From: Spirulina sp.
GTDB lineage: Bacteria; Cyanobacteriota; Cyanobacteriia; Phormidesmidales; Phormidesmidaceae
Assembly: GCA_044070495.1 (NCBI GenBank)
Contig: JBIPSI010000013.1
Coordinates: 1 to 64,000 of the forward strand
DNA: 64,000 nucleotides
Reading direction: 5' to 3'
This document shows positions 40,266 through 50,177 of this stretch, one piece after another. The notes under the pieces were generated by a model. The model was given only the letters and a program-made list of their open reading frames with translations, was not told where the DNA came from and made no database searches. A program made the position numbers and the translations under genes. Position 1 is the first letter of the stretch. The number at the start of each line of letters is the position of its first letter.

Positions 40266-40754
40266 ATGGCTAGCCCCCTATCGCTGACTCACCCTGAAAT
40301 ATTCTATGTTCTAGCTGAAGACGAGTCGGACTTTGCTACTCGCTATATGACCCTTCAGGCTGACTATCCTAATGCCCGTATCGTTCGAGTGCGCGGGAGC
40401 AAAATGCGCTCTCTTTCAGCCCTATTCGATGAGATTTCCGCAGCTTTTCAATTTCCCTACTACTTTGGCGAAAATTGGGTCGCCCTCTACGATTGTTTGA
40501 CCGATTTAGACTGGGCCAAGGCTCAGGACTATCTCCTGCTAGTTAGCGACGCTCACCTTGTTTTAGGCGATGAGCCTACCACCATGCTGAAGAAATTTTT
40601 AGACCTCCTCGTTGAAGTACATCGGGCCTGGAGTAGCACATCAGACCAGGGCGAGACAACTTCTTTTCGGATGATTTTTCAAACTTCTCCCGATTCAGAA
40701 GCTATCTGGTGGGAAAAACTCTACCTTGCTGGTTATGCCCATCCACCGACTTAG
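40266..40754 (+). CDS. barstar-family ribonuclease inhibitor (immunity protein)
   Basis: RGSKMRSLSALFDEISAAFQFPYYFGENWVALYDCLTDLDW. Confidence 0.88.
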   Translation: MASPLSLTHPEIFYVLAEDESDFATRYMTLQADYPNARIVRVRGSKMRSLSALFDEISAAFQFPYYFGENWVALYDCLTDLDWAKAQDYLLLVSDAHLVLGDEPTTMLKKFLDLLVEVHRAWSSTSDQGETTSFRMIFQTSPDSEAIWWEKLYLAGYAHPPT

Positions 40755-40884
40755 AGGGCGTTTGAAAAGGGTTGCCTCAGGTGCGATTGGTCGCTAGATC
40801 GGCGCAAATCTACGGGATTTTTGACGACTGAGGCTGACCTCATCGGTATAACTTGGGACAAGCTTCGGCTTTTCAAACGTCCTC
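40754..40884. mobile_element. 131-bp MITE with 16-bp terminal inverted repeats and a TTA target-site duplication
   Basis: TTA-GAGGGCGTTTGAAAAG...CTTTTCAAACGTCCTC-TTA (one mismatch between the arms). Confidence 0.8.
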
Positions 40885-40902
40885 TTATTCCCTAGCTCAG
40901 AT

Positions 40903-42099
40903 CTACTCCGGCAGCCTATACTGTCCAACAATTTTCTTGGCAAAGTCGGGTACGTGGGCCGCTAGTTTTTCGGGATGGTTGCGTTTTAGATAGAGATAAT
41001 TTCGGGTGAAGTGGGAATCGATGGAGAAGCGGGCGTATTCCAGACCCTTGGGGCCAACTCGTTCGATGACCAGGCCCATCAGTTTGGCGGCCCACATGGG
41101 TAGGGTCACGCCTTTGTCGTAGGCGGGGATGCTTTGCTGCACGGCCTGGTGGCGATCCCCCTGGGACATGACGGGTTGGGTATCGAGCTGATCCATCACC
41201 AAATCCAGCATTTCTTGCCCAGTTTGGTTGCGAACCACAATCCACTGCCAGCCGAAGGGGGCACCCATGTAGCCCACCACCAGGTCGGCAAGGCCGTTGA
41301 CGTAGTCGAAACAACTCATGCAGGAGGGGGCAAAAACGTCCTTGAGCTGGTTGGTTTTGAGGCCGAAGAAGGGCACGGTTTCGGTGGAGCCGTCTTCGTG
41401 CTTGAAATGCACCCGGAAATCCTGCATGAACTCGTAGTGCACAACGGTTTCGGGGGAGCGGCTGGTGGTTTCTAGGAATTTTTGCAGCCCAGCCCGGCTG
41501 ACGTTATCCACGCAGGGGGTGCCCAGGACGTAGAGTTTCTCTAGGCCAAGTTTGTCTTCTATCGCACGCAGGGCTTGGATTTGACAGCCAACCCCAATCA
41601 CCAGCAAGCGCTTCATGCCCGACTGTTCCACCTGTTCTAGCACCGATAGATTGGGTGACAGGGTGGGCTTGTTGACACGGGCAGCGAGGATTTCCTCCGG
41701 CGTGGTGGCGATCACGGGCTTGGGTTGGAAGCGGTCTTCCTCGGTGTTTTGTACACAGACAACGCCCTCTACCTTGCCCTGGGTGAGCATTTCAATGGCG
41801 ATGGAACTGACGATGCCCGTCCACTGTGCCCCTTCGATGGGTTGCTGCTTGCGGGCCGCCATCATGTCTTGGTGGACGCCAAAATAGACCTCGTTATCCT
41901 GATCCAGATCCCGCTGGCGACCGTGGCTTTGTTCTTCTAGGGTAGGAAACTGTTGGTTGAGGAAAGCGCAGGCTTCCTTGACGTAGTGAATGTAGTAGGT
42001 ATCGCAGAAGCCACATTCGCTACACAGTTCCTTGGCCGGACGGGGGGCACCGGGACGCAGGGCTTTAGCTTTGTGATGGGGCGGCTGGGCCAGGGTCAT
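40903..42099 (-). CDS. bciB: ferredoxin-dependent 8-vinyl reductase (FrhB-like)
   Basis: RPAKELCSECGFCDT, GAQWTGIVS, GTPCVDN and SCMSCFDY; Slr1923/CvrA type. Confidence 0.88.
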   Translation of the reverse strand: MTLAQPPHHKAKALRPGAPRPAKELCSECGFCDTYYIHYVKEACAFLNQQFPTLEEQSHGRQRDLDQDNEVYFGVHQDMMAARKQQPIEGAQWTGIVSSIAIEMLTQGKVEGVVCVQNTEEDRFQPKPVIATTPEEILAARVNKPTLSPNLSVLEQVEQSGMKRLLVIGVGCQIQALRAIEDKLGLEKLYVLGTPCVDNVSRAGLQKFLETTSRSPETVVHYEFMQDFRVHFKHEDGSTETVPFFGLKTNQLKDVFAPSCMSCFDYVNGLADLVVGYMGAPFGWQWIVVRNQTGQEMLDLVMDQLDTQPVMSQGDRHQAVQQSIPAYDKGVTLPMWAAKLMGLVIERVGPKGLEYARFSIDSHFTRNYLYLKRNHPEKLAAHVPDFAKKIVGQYRLPE

Positions 42100-42471
42100 A
42101 GCAGTGAAGGAACGTTAAGGGGTGGTCTGTTCTTCACCATACCGCAAGGCTTTCCCTCCCACAGCCCTTTCTTTTCAATTGTTGCGAAAGATTAGGCTCT
42201 AGCGATTTTGTTAAGGGTTGTTTGCCAATGCGATTCTATAGGATGGGGGTGGGCACTCTGTAGACTACACCAAACGTTATTGTCCATAGGGGCAGGTGAT
42301 CCTAGAACCATCGGTGAGGCGATCCCCTTGCTTAGCAAAGACCTATTGGCGCGGCAAGTCAACACCCATGATTTGGAGAATCGTGTACATGGCGTAGTTT
42401 TGATTTATCGTCAAGGACTTACCCCCATAATCCCATCCGGGTTTGCCCGGTGGTGCTATGGATCATCTGAT

Positions 42472-44451
42472 ATGGCCTCAGCAAGGTCACTCTCCGTGAC
42501 AAATGAACCTGTGATATCCCCTGATCCCGCTGCGACAAAAGGCCCGCCAACGCCGTCTCCTCTGGCCAACGCCCTTGACCAGCCCCTTGTTGTTGACCAT
42601 GCTCCCCTAGAGATGAAGGCCCATCTCTCCCTGGGGCAAGGGCTGATGGCGATGGCGGCATCGACTAAGACCTATGCCCTGGTTGTGCAGGAGAGTGGCC
42701 ATCTGCTGGGAGTGCTGACCTATGCCAATGTGGCCGCCGCCGCCGCCCACAACACCGCCTTTAACCACACGCCCCTCAAGGACTGGATGACCCCCCTGGC
42801 CAGTCTCGTTCCTAGTCCGGCGTTACAGTCTGCCCTCAGTTCTCCGCTGTCTTTAGCCTGCGCCCCACCCTACCGAGTGGTGGTGAACGGGGGAGGGCAC
42901 TGGGTAGGGCTGATTACGCCTACAGGCTCCTATGTTTTGCCAGAGACCTCCCTTAATTCGGCATGTTCTCTAGACTTAAATGCCTGTCAGCAGCAGACGT
43001 TCTCACTCCATGAGCAGCAGGAACGCCTTACCCTAGCCCTGAAGGGAGCCCAGATGGGCACCTTAGACTGGGATATTAGCACCGATATTCTGGTGGTATC
43101 TGAGGAATTACAGCAGCTCTTGGCCCTGGCCCCCGGCGAGTTCGACGGCCATTCCAAGAGTCTCTTTGAGCATGTTCACCCAGAGGATCGAGCCAAGGTG
43201 AACGAGGCGCTTCAGTACGCTATTCAACATCAAAAACGATACGACGTTGAGTTTCGTATTCTGCTGCCCGATGGCTTGGTGCGGTGGCTGCTGTCCCAGG
43301 GGCAGGTGTTTTGCCTCCCTAACCTAGCTCCGCGCCTAGTGGGGGTAACAATGGACATTTCGGCCCAGAAACAGGCAGAGGCCGAACTAAAGCTCCAAGC
43401 CCAGCGAGAGCGCCTGGTAACCGAAATGGCCCAGCGCATCCGCAACCTGCTAGATCTAGACAATATCCTAGAGCAGACGGTCATCGCCGTACGCGAGTTC
43501 ATTGAGGCGGATCGGGTGATCATCCTGCAATGTTCGCCAGACATGAGCGGCGAGGTCATCCAAGAATCCTGTTCTCCGGCCTACCCGGCCATGATGGGCT
43601 GGGCCGTGCGCGATCCCTGGAGCGTGGACGAAAAATTTCTGGCCCACTATCGCCAAGGTCGGGGCATGGCCGTGGCCAATGTCTACGAACAGGGGCTTTC
43701 AGAGAACCAGCTCATGTTCTTGGAATACTTTAAAATCCAGGCAGAGGTGGTGGTTCCCCTACTCCATGAACAAACCCTTTGGGGCCTGTTGATTGCCCAC
43801 CAATGCAGCGCTCCCCGCCCGTGGGGCACCGCCGATGTACGACTGCTGCAAAGCCTAGCCACCCAGGTGGGAATTGCCATTCAGCAGGCTAAACTTCATC
43901 GTCAGCTTACCCTGGCTAACCAAGGGTTGCGCCGGATGGCCTACCTGGATGGCCTCACCCAGGTGGCCAATCGTCGTCGCTTTGAACAGCATCTAGACGG
44001 CGAATGGCGGCGGATGGCCCGTCAGCGGGAGCCACTTTCTATCATCCTGGCCGATATTGATTATTTCAAAGGCTTTAACGACCTCTACGGTCACCAAGCT
44101 GGCGATAACTGCCTCCGCCTGGTGGCCCGCACCCTCAGCCACGCGGCCAAACGCCCAGGAGACCTAGTCGCTCGCTATGGTGGTGAAGAATTTGCGGTCA
44201 TTCTGCCCAACACCCATCTCAAGGGGGCAGAGACCGTCGCCGAAGATATCCGTCGGGCGATTCGGGATCGACGCATCAACCACCGTAGTTCCGCCATTGA
44301 TACTATTGTCACCATGAGCCTAGGGGTGGCGAGCTGTATCCCCTCCACAGACAGTTCGGCAGCCAACCTCCTCAAACGGGCCGATGAAGCGCTCTATGCC
44401 GCTAAAGCTGGGGGGCGAGACCAAGTACAACTTGCTCCGGCCATCACCTAG
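42472..44451 (+). CDS. diguanylate cyclase (CBS-like, PAS, GAF and GGDEF domains)
   Basis: HVHPEDR PAS, WGLLIAHQC GAF, RPGDLVARYGGEEF (RxxD I-site plus GGEEF); start uncertain. Confidence 0.9.
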   Translation: MASARSLSVTNEPVISPDPAATKGPPTPSPLANALDQPLVVDHAPLEMKAHLSLGQGLMAMAASTKTYALVVQESGHLLGVLTYANVAAAAAHNTAFNHTPLKDWMTPLASLVPSPALQSALSSPLSLACAPPYRVVVNGGGHWVGLITPTGSYVLPETSLNSACSLDLNACQQQTFSLHEQQERLTLALKGAQMGTLDWDISTDILVVSEELQQLLALAPGEFDGHSKSLFEHVHPEDRAKVNEALQYAIQHQKRYDVEFRILLPDGLVRWLLSQGQVFCLPNLAPRLVGVTMDISAQKQAEAELKLQAQRERLVTEMAQRIRNLLDLDNILEQTVIAVREFIEADRVIILQCSPDMSGEVIQESCSPAYPAMMGWAVRDPWSVDEKFLAHYRQGRGMAVANVYEQGLSENQLMFLEYFKIQAEVVVPLLHEQTLWGLLIAHQCSAPRPWGTADVRLLQSLATQVGIAIQQAKLHRQLTLANQGLRRMAYLDGLTQVANRRRFEQHLDGEWRRMARQREPLSIILADIDYFKGFNDLYGHQAGDNCLRLVARTLSHAAKRPGDLVARYGGEEFAVILPNTHLKGAETVAEDIRRAIRDRRINHRSSAIDTIVTMSLGVASCIPSTDSSAANLLKRADEALYAAKAGGRDQVQLAPAIT

Positions 44452-44626
44452 GCCACCACCCTACACAGGTTCAATCTCCCTAAGATTTTATCTTCGTGAG
44501 GCTCTGTCTTCCTAGGTCTACAGCATATCCTAGGCTCCCAACACAACCAGCGTGAAGCATTATCCAGGGAAGATTCTGAGGAGAAAGCGGCGGCCAGTCT
44601 AGGGCTGATTCGGCCTGCCCTAGGAA

Positions 44627-44827
44627 CTATAGACCCTGGCGAGAGACCATCTTTTCGATATTGGCCTGGGTTTGGTGGAGCAGGCTATGACGGCTATCAC
44701 CAGCGCTATGAAGAGAGGGCACCAGATTACGCGCTTGGAGCGCCATGTGGAGTTGTAGATGGGCAACGTACTCGGAAAAATCTTCGCGGGTTTCGGTCAG
44801 GACGGGAGCTTTTTCTGACAATGCCAC
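44627..44827 (-). CDS. small conserved cyanobacterial hypothetical protein
   Basis: YVAHLQLHMALQARNLVP; GAGG RBS before GTG. Confidence 0.65.
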   Translation of the reverse strand: MALSEKAPVLTETREDFSEYVAHLQLHMALQARNLVPSLHSAGDSRHSLLHQTQANIEKMVSRQGL

Positions 44828-45156
44828 GGGAAAACCTCGGTATTACTGAAGATCGGGAAATACGCAACGATAACGAAGTTAACATAACCCCTGACCCCGC
44901 CCCAGGTTGTGCAACGAAGCTTAACGGTAATTATGGAGGCTGAGATTACATCCCTGATGGCTTCCCGGTTATGGGTGGAGGAGGAAACCTCACCCCCTAC
45001 CATGGCTGGGGTTTGGGCATCGAGTGTTGGCCATGCGGATGGGGTGTCACCCGAACCAGGACGGTCACAGAACGGCGCAAAAGCGCGAGGATACAGACAA
45101 GCTGTATCCTCGCGGCGAGATGACCACGCTAGATCGCCCTAGCGTAGCGGGATGGA

Positions 45157-46464
45157 CTAGATCTCGAACTTCTCACCTTTGGCGGGGTCAGACCAGTCGC
45201 AGGCAAAACCCTTGGTATCGGGCACGAACTGGTTCCAGGGCTGGGGATCGATGGGGCCATCGGTAGACCACAGGATCTCGAACATGCCGTCTTCCTTCAC
45301 TTCCCCAATCCGTACGGTCTTGGAGAGGTGGTGGTTGGCATTCATGGTCACAGGGCCTTCTGGGGCGGCCATGCTTTGGCCATAGGCTGCCGTACGCACG
45401 GCAGCAATGTCAAAGCTGCCAGCGGCCTCCACGGCCTGTTTCCAGAGGTAAACCATGATGTAGGCGGCTTCCATAGGGTCGTTGGTGACCCGATCTTCGC
45501 CGTACTCAGCCTTGAAGTCGGCTACCCACTTGGTGTTCTCGGGGGTGTCCACGGTTTGGAAGTAGTTCCAGGAGGCCAGGTGACCCACCAGGAACTCAGG
45601 CCCGATCTGGCGCACTTCTTCCTCCGCCACACTGACGGACATCACGGGGTACAGATCTGGCCCCATGCCAGCCCCTTGCAACTGCTTAAAGAAAGCCACG
45701 TTGCTGTCGCCGTTGAGGCTGTTGAAAATGACCCCACCGTTGGGCAGAGCGGCCCGAATTTTGGTGATGATCGGCGTGACCTCGGTGTTGCCCAGGGGCA
45801 GGTAGTCTTCCCCAACGGTGTTGCCACCCTTGGCCGCCAGTTGCTCTTTGATAATGGTGTTGGCGGTGCGGGGGAACACGTAGTCCGACCCCACCAGGAA
45901 GAAGTCCTTGCTCTTGTTTTCCAACAGCCAATCCACAGCGGGCTCGATTTGCTGGTTGGGTGCCGCCCCGGTGTAGAAGATGTTCTTGGAACATTCCTGT
46001 CCCTCGTACTGCACCGGATACCACAGCATGTGATCCTTCGACTCGAAGACGGGCAGCACAGCCTTACGGCTAGCCGAAGTCCAGCAGCCGAACACCACCG
46101 ACACCTGGTCTTGATCAATCAGCTTCTCAGCCTTCTCCGCAAAGGTAGGCCAATCCGAAGCGCCGTCTTCCACCACCGCTTCAATCTGCTGGCCGAGGAC
46201 ACCCCCCGCCGCATTGATTTCCTTGATGGCGAGTTTCTCCGCGTCTACCACGGTGGTTTCGCTAATCGCCATGGTGCCGCTGAGGGAGTGGAGGATCCCC
46301 ACCTTAACCGTTTCGCCGCCGCCCGCTGCGGCATCGCCACCCTCAGGAGTGGTTCCCGCGTCGGGGGTTGTCGTGGCATTGCCACAGGCTTTCAACAACA
46401 TTGAGGTGCCCAGGGTAGCAGACCCGTACACCAAAAACTTCCGTCGATTAAATCGTGCGACCAT
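45157..46464 (-). CDS. urtA: urea ABC transporter substrate-binding protein
   Basis: RRKFL Tat motif plus lipobox (LKAC); [26 protein letters not shown] and [11 protein letters not shown]. Confidence 0.95.
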   Translation of the reverse strand: MVARFNRRKFLVYGSATLGTSMLLKACGNATTTPDAGTTPEGGDAAAGGGETVKVGILHSLSGTMAISETTVVDAEKLAIKEINAAGGVLGQQIEAVVEDGASDWPTFAEKAEKLIDQDQVSVVFGCWTSASRKAVLPVFESKDHMLWYPVQYEGQECSKNIFYTGAAPNQQIEPAVDWLLENKSKDFFLVGSDYVFPRTANTIIKEQLAAKGGNTVGEDYLPLGNTEVTPIITKIRAALPNGGVIFNSLNGDSNVAFFKQLQGAGMGPDLYPVMSVSVAEEEVRQIGPEFLVGHLASWNYFQTVDTPENTKWVADFKAEYGEDRVTNDPMEAAYIMVYLWKQAVEAAGSFDIAAVRTAAYGQSMAAPEGPVTMNANHHLSKTVRIGEVKEDGMFEILWSTDGPIDPQPWNQFVPDTKGFACDWSDPAKGEKFEI

Positions 46465-46536
46465 TCAACCTCACTCCTGACTCAAATAAATAGGGGCAAT
46501 TGGGCTATGGCATCACCCACCAAACCTCCAGAGTGG

Positions 46537-46578
46537 ATATTAGGCGGAGTGATTGGTAGTAAATGTAGCGCAGAACAC
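46537..46578 (-). promoter_or_regulatory. NtcA-activated class II promoter of urtA
   Basis: minus strand GTG-N8-TAC, then 22 nt, then TAATAT. Confidence 0.75.
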
Positions 46579-46783
46579 AAAAAATCTTTAACTTTGTTGG
46601 CAAAGAAACGCTGACCTGGGTAAAACTCTTTGAATCGTTCTAAAAGTTTTAAAAGTTTGTTCTAGAAGGATCTTCCCTAGCCACTTCCCAGGACGGCACA
46701 GCGCAGGGGGAGAAATCAGCAAAGCCGTCCTATGATGGAATGGATTTGGGGAGAAATGCCTTGGGATCTCGAACCCTGGGCCG

Positions 46784-47002
46784 ATGGCCTACCCCATGGA
46801 TATTAGCAGTTGGGAAACGCGCATGAGAGATTACGTGGAGTGGCTAGGGTTAATGGCCGTATCGGGTGGCTTGGCAGTGCTGCTAAACAGCGTATTCTTG
46901 AACGGTGCCGCCCAGGCCCAGGTGTCTGCCCACAACTTGACTATGCCCTCCACCCCCCCGGCTGAACTGTGCCTTTGGGTATCGGCCCCCTCCCAACCCT
47001 AA
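46784..47002 (+). CDS. small hypothetical membrane protein
   Basis: 72-aa ORF with one hydrophobic helix. Confidence 0.35.
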   Translation: MAYPMDISSWETRMRDYVEWLGLMAVSGGLAVLLNSVFLNGAAQAQVSAHNLTMPSTPPAELCLWVSAPSQP

Positions 47003-47080
47003 TCTCGCCATCGTTGCGTCGGTTCCCTAACCTTGCCACAATGAAGGGCAGGATTGTTAAGTATTGGAAACATTTCTAGC

Positions 47081-48016
47081 ATGGGATTTCTGTCGATTCT
47101 GGGGCTTCTCGTGGGGCTACTAGGGCTGGGCTTGGCGATCTATTTCTTGACGGCCCGCCGCTACCAGTCCGCTAATTCCGTGGCCAACGCCTACGACCAA
47201 TGGACCCAGGACGGCATCCTCGAATTTTACTGGGGCGAACATATTCACCTAGGGCACTATGGGTCGCCGCCGCGCCGCAAGCCGTTTTTGGCCGCCAAGG
47301 CGGATTTTGTCCACGAAATGGTGCGCTGGGGCGGGTTGGATCGCTTGCCCTCTGGAACCACCGTCCTGGATGTGGGTTGCGGCATTGGCGGCAGCGCCCG
47401 AATTCTGGCGCGAGACTATGGCTTTGCGGTCACAGGGGTGACCATCAGCCCCCAGCAGGTGCAGCGGGCCACGGAACTCACCCCCGCCGGAATCACCGCC
47501 CAGTTCCAGGTGGATGACGCCATGAATCTTTCCTTACCCGACGCCAGCTTCGATGTGGTGTGGTCGGTGGAGGCTGGCCCCCACATGCCCGATAAGGCCA
47601 TCTTTGCCAAGGAACTCATGCGGGTGCTGAAACCCGGTGGCCTTCTCGTCGTGGCCGATTGGAACCAGCGGGACGACCGTAAAAAGCCCCTGAATTTCTG
47701 GGAAAAACCCGTCATGCAGCAACTGCTGGATCAGTGGGCGCACCCTCAGTTCGCCAGCATCGAAGGCTTTGCCGAACACCTCGAAGCCACGGGCCTCGTT
47801 GATGGCACCGTCACCACCGCCGACTGGTCGCAGGAAACCCTGCCCTCCTGGCTCGATTCCATCTGGCAGGGCATCGTGCGGCCCAAGGGCTTGATTAAGT
47901 TCGGCTTCTCAGGCTTCATCAAATCCCTGCGCGAAGTGCCCACCATTCTGCTGATGCGCCTTGCCTTTGGGACGGGACTCTGTCGGTTTGGCATGTTTCG
48001 GGCCATCCGGGGTTAG
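47081..48016 (+). CDS. MPBQ/MSBQ methyltransferase (tocopherol/plastoquinone pathway)
   Basis: WGEHIHLGHY, LDVGCGIGG and WSVEAGPHMPDK; Sll0418 type. Confidence 0.88.
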   Translation: MGFLSILGLLVGLLGLGLAIYFLTARRYQSANSVANAYDQWTQDGILEFYWGEHIHLGHYGSPPRRKPFLAAKADFVHEMVRWGGLDRLPSGTTVLDVGCGIGGSARILARDYGFAVTGVTISPQQVQRATELTPAGITAQFQVDDAMNLSLPDASFDVVWSVEAGPHMPDKAIFAKELMRVLKPGGLLVVADWNQRDDRKKPLNFWEKPVMQQLLDQWAHPQFASIEGFAEHLEATGLVDGTVTTADWSQETLPSWLDSIWQGIVRPKGLIKFGFSGFIKSLREVPTILLMRLAFGTGLCRFGMFRAIRG

Positions 48017-48033
48017 GGATTAGGCAGTGGATT

Positions 48034-48161
48034 GGGGCGCACGGCGGTGCGCCCGTACGAGGCCGTTGCCATGGATTTGTTGCCATGGATCAGGTTGCCC
48101 TTGAAATAGGGCTTAGGAGCAATTGGTGATTGGGTTGGGGCGCACCGCAGTGCGCCCGTAC
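48034..48161. repeat. two REP-like palindromes GGGGCGCAC...GTGCGCCCGTAC
   Basis: copies at 48034-48058 and 48137-48161. Confidence 0.75.
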
Positions 48162-48198
48162 AATGGAGTCGTCCAGGATGTATCCCTAACGCTTTGCT

Positions 48199-49581
48199 AT
48201 GCCTACGCCCCGCCTGATCATTATTGGCCTCGACTGCATGGAGCCGTCCCTGGTATTCGAGCGTTGGCGGGAGGACTTGCCCAACCTCAGCCGATTGATG
48301 GCCCAGGGCATGTATGGCCGTATGGAGAGCAGCATTCCCGCCATTACTGTGCCTGCCTGGAGTTGCATGATGACCGGGCGCGATCCCGGAGAACTGGGCA
48401 TCTATGGGTTTCGCAATCGGCGGGATCGCGACTATCACTCCATGGCGATTTCTGATGGACGGGCCGTAAAATTTCCCCGCCTGTGGGACATTTTGGGAGA
48501 GGCGGGCTGGTCGGTGGCGGTGCTGAGTGTGCCAGGAACCTCGCCCCCCTACGCCGTCAACGGTTCCCTGGTGTCCTGCTTCCTCACCCCCAGCACTGAA
48601 GTCCCCTTCACCCATCCGCCGGAACTGGGCGACCAAATCAAAGCCTGGATGCCAGATTTCATGATGGATGTGCCCAACTTTCGCTCCGACGAAAAAGACC
48701 GCATCCTAGCCAACCTTTACAGCCTGTGCGATCAGCGCTTTACGCTGGCTGAAAAGCTAATTGATCGGGATCAGCCGGACTTCTTGATGCTGGTGGATAT
48801 GGGGGTAGACCGTCTGCACCACGCCTTTTGGAAACCGATGGATCCCCGCCATCCCCAATACGAGGCCGATTCCCCCTTTGCCACTGCCATCCACGACTAC
48901 TACGTCCATGTGGACAAACGGGTGGGCGAGTTGCTGACCCATTGCGACGATGAGACTGCGGTATTGGTAGTCTCGGATCACGGGGCACAACCCTTGATGG
49001 GCGGCATTTGCATCAATGAATGGTTAATCGCTCAAGGCTATCTGACGCTTAAGGAAGACCTCGATCAGGTGATCCCCCTCGACCAGGCGGCGGTGGATTG
49101 GGGCCAAACCCAGGTGTGGGGTGCCGGGGGCTACTATGCCCGCATTTTCTTCAACGTTAAGGGCCGCGAACCCCAGGGCACCGTAGCCATGGCCGACTAC
49201 GATGCCCTGCGCCAGGAACTCACCGACAAGCTCAAAACCCTGACCGACCCCAGCGGCAATCCCCTGCCCATCAAGGTCTTCAAACCCCAGGACATCTACC
49301 AAAAGGTACGCGGACGGGCACCCGACTTGATTGTGTACTTCGACGATCTCGCTTGGCGTTCCGTCGGTAGCGTTGGCCTCAACAGCTTCTACACCGTGGA
49401 CAACGACACTGGCCCCGACGATGCCAACCACGCCCCCTTCGGCCTGATGATTTTCCACGACCCCGCCCAGCCCCAAAACGGTCGGGAACTAGAGGGCGCA
49501 CAACTTTATGATGTGCTGCCGACCCTGCTGCACCGCTACGGTATTACCCCTCCCGATGGACTACGGGGCAAAATCTGGTAG
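48199..49581 (+). CDS. alkaline phosphatase / nucleotide pyrophosphatase family protein
   Basis: IIGLDC, PAITVPAW, DRLHHAFW, VSDHG and DDANH. Confidence 0.88.
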   Translation: MPTPRLIIIGLDCMEPSLVFERWREDLPNLSRLMAQGMYGRMESSIPAITVPAWSCMMTGRDPGELGIYGFRNRRDRDYHSMAISDGRAVKFPRLWDILGEAGWSVAVLSVPGTSPPYAVNGSLVSCFLTPSTEVPFTHPPELGDQIKAWMPDFMMDVPNFRSDEKDRILANLYSLCDQRFTLAEKLIDRDQPDFLMLVDMGVDRLHHAFWKPMDPRHPQYEADSPFATAIHDYYVHVDKRVGELLTHCDDETAVLVVSDHGAQPLMGGICINEWLIAQGYLTLKEDLDQVIPLDQAAVDWGQTQVWGAGGYYARIFFNVKGREPQGTVAMADYDALRQELTDKLKTLTDPSGNPLPIKVFKPQDIYQKVRGRAPDLIVYFDDLAWRSVGSVGLNSFYTVDNDTGPDDANHAPFGLMIFHDPAQPQNGRELEGAQLYDVLPTLLHRYGITPPDGLRGKIW

Positions 49582-49619
49582 TTAACCCACACAAATAAAC
49601 AAGCTGATCAGGACAACCC

Positions 49620-50168
49620 CTAGGAACGTTCGTCCTCTAGAGAGGTTTTTCCTGAATCAAGCTGGCTTTGCAACTGGGCCAGGGCCGCCCAGCGGTGATC
49701 TACTGCCAGGTTACCTTGACGTTCTGGTGCTTCAGTGGGGATGGCAATGCCGGGACAATCCACATCACACAACTGACGCTGAGGCAGAGCCAAGCAAATT
49801 TGTTCATGGATCCAAGCCATTGGATCAAAATATCCGTTGGGGGGCAGGGTTTCCATCAGATCTTCCATACCTACCTCCCGCTCTAGGGGCAGGGTAGCAG
49901 GGTCAGGGGCGTCCTCTAGCCAAATAAGTTCCTGGGGGGCAATGGAAACTCGGTGGTTATAGCTCTGTAGGCAACGGTGGCAGGTTAGGGTCACGATAGT
50001 TTCCGCAAAGCCTTTCACCGCCAGGTAGGTCGCCTGGTGGGTCACCTGCACTTCGCCACGCACCGGAGTTAAGGTTTCCAGCTCAGGAAAGTGACCATCA
50101 ATCTCGATGCTGAGAGTCTTCTCTGGCTGCTGAAGTAGCTGAGGGATGTACACCCGATCCCAATCCAT
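49620..50168 (-). CDS. YceD/DUF177 family protein
   Basis: CHRCL, LCDVDCPG and DHRWAAL. Confidence 0.88.
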   Translation of the reverse strand: MDWDRVYIPQLLQQPEKTLSIEIDGHFPELETLTPVRGEVQVTHQATYLAVKGFAETIVTLTCHRCLQSYNHRVSIAPQELIWLEDAPDPATLPLEREVGMEDLMETLPPNGYFDPMAWIHEQICLALPQRQLCDVDCPGIAIPTEAPERQGNLAVDHRWAALAQLQSQLDSGKTSLEDERS

Positions 50169-50177
50169 GGCTGTACC

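Noticed and set aside
45328..46404. 358-aa ORF antisense to urtA, and the many other overlapping antisense ORFs in the track
   Set aside because: Shadow frames of GC-rich, codon-biased genes with no recognisable motifs
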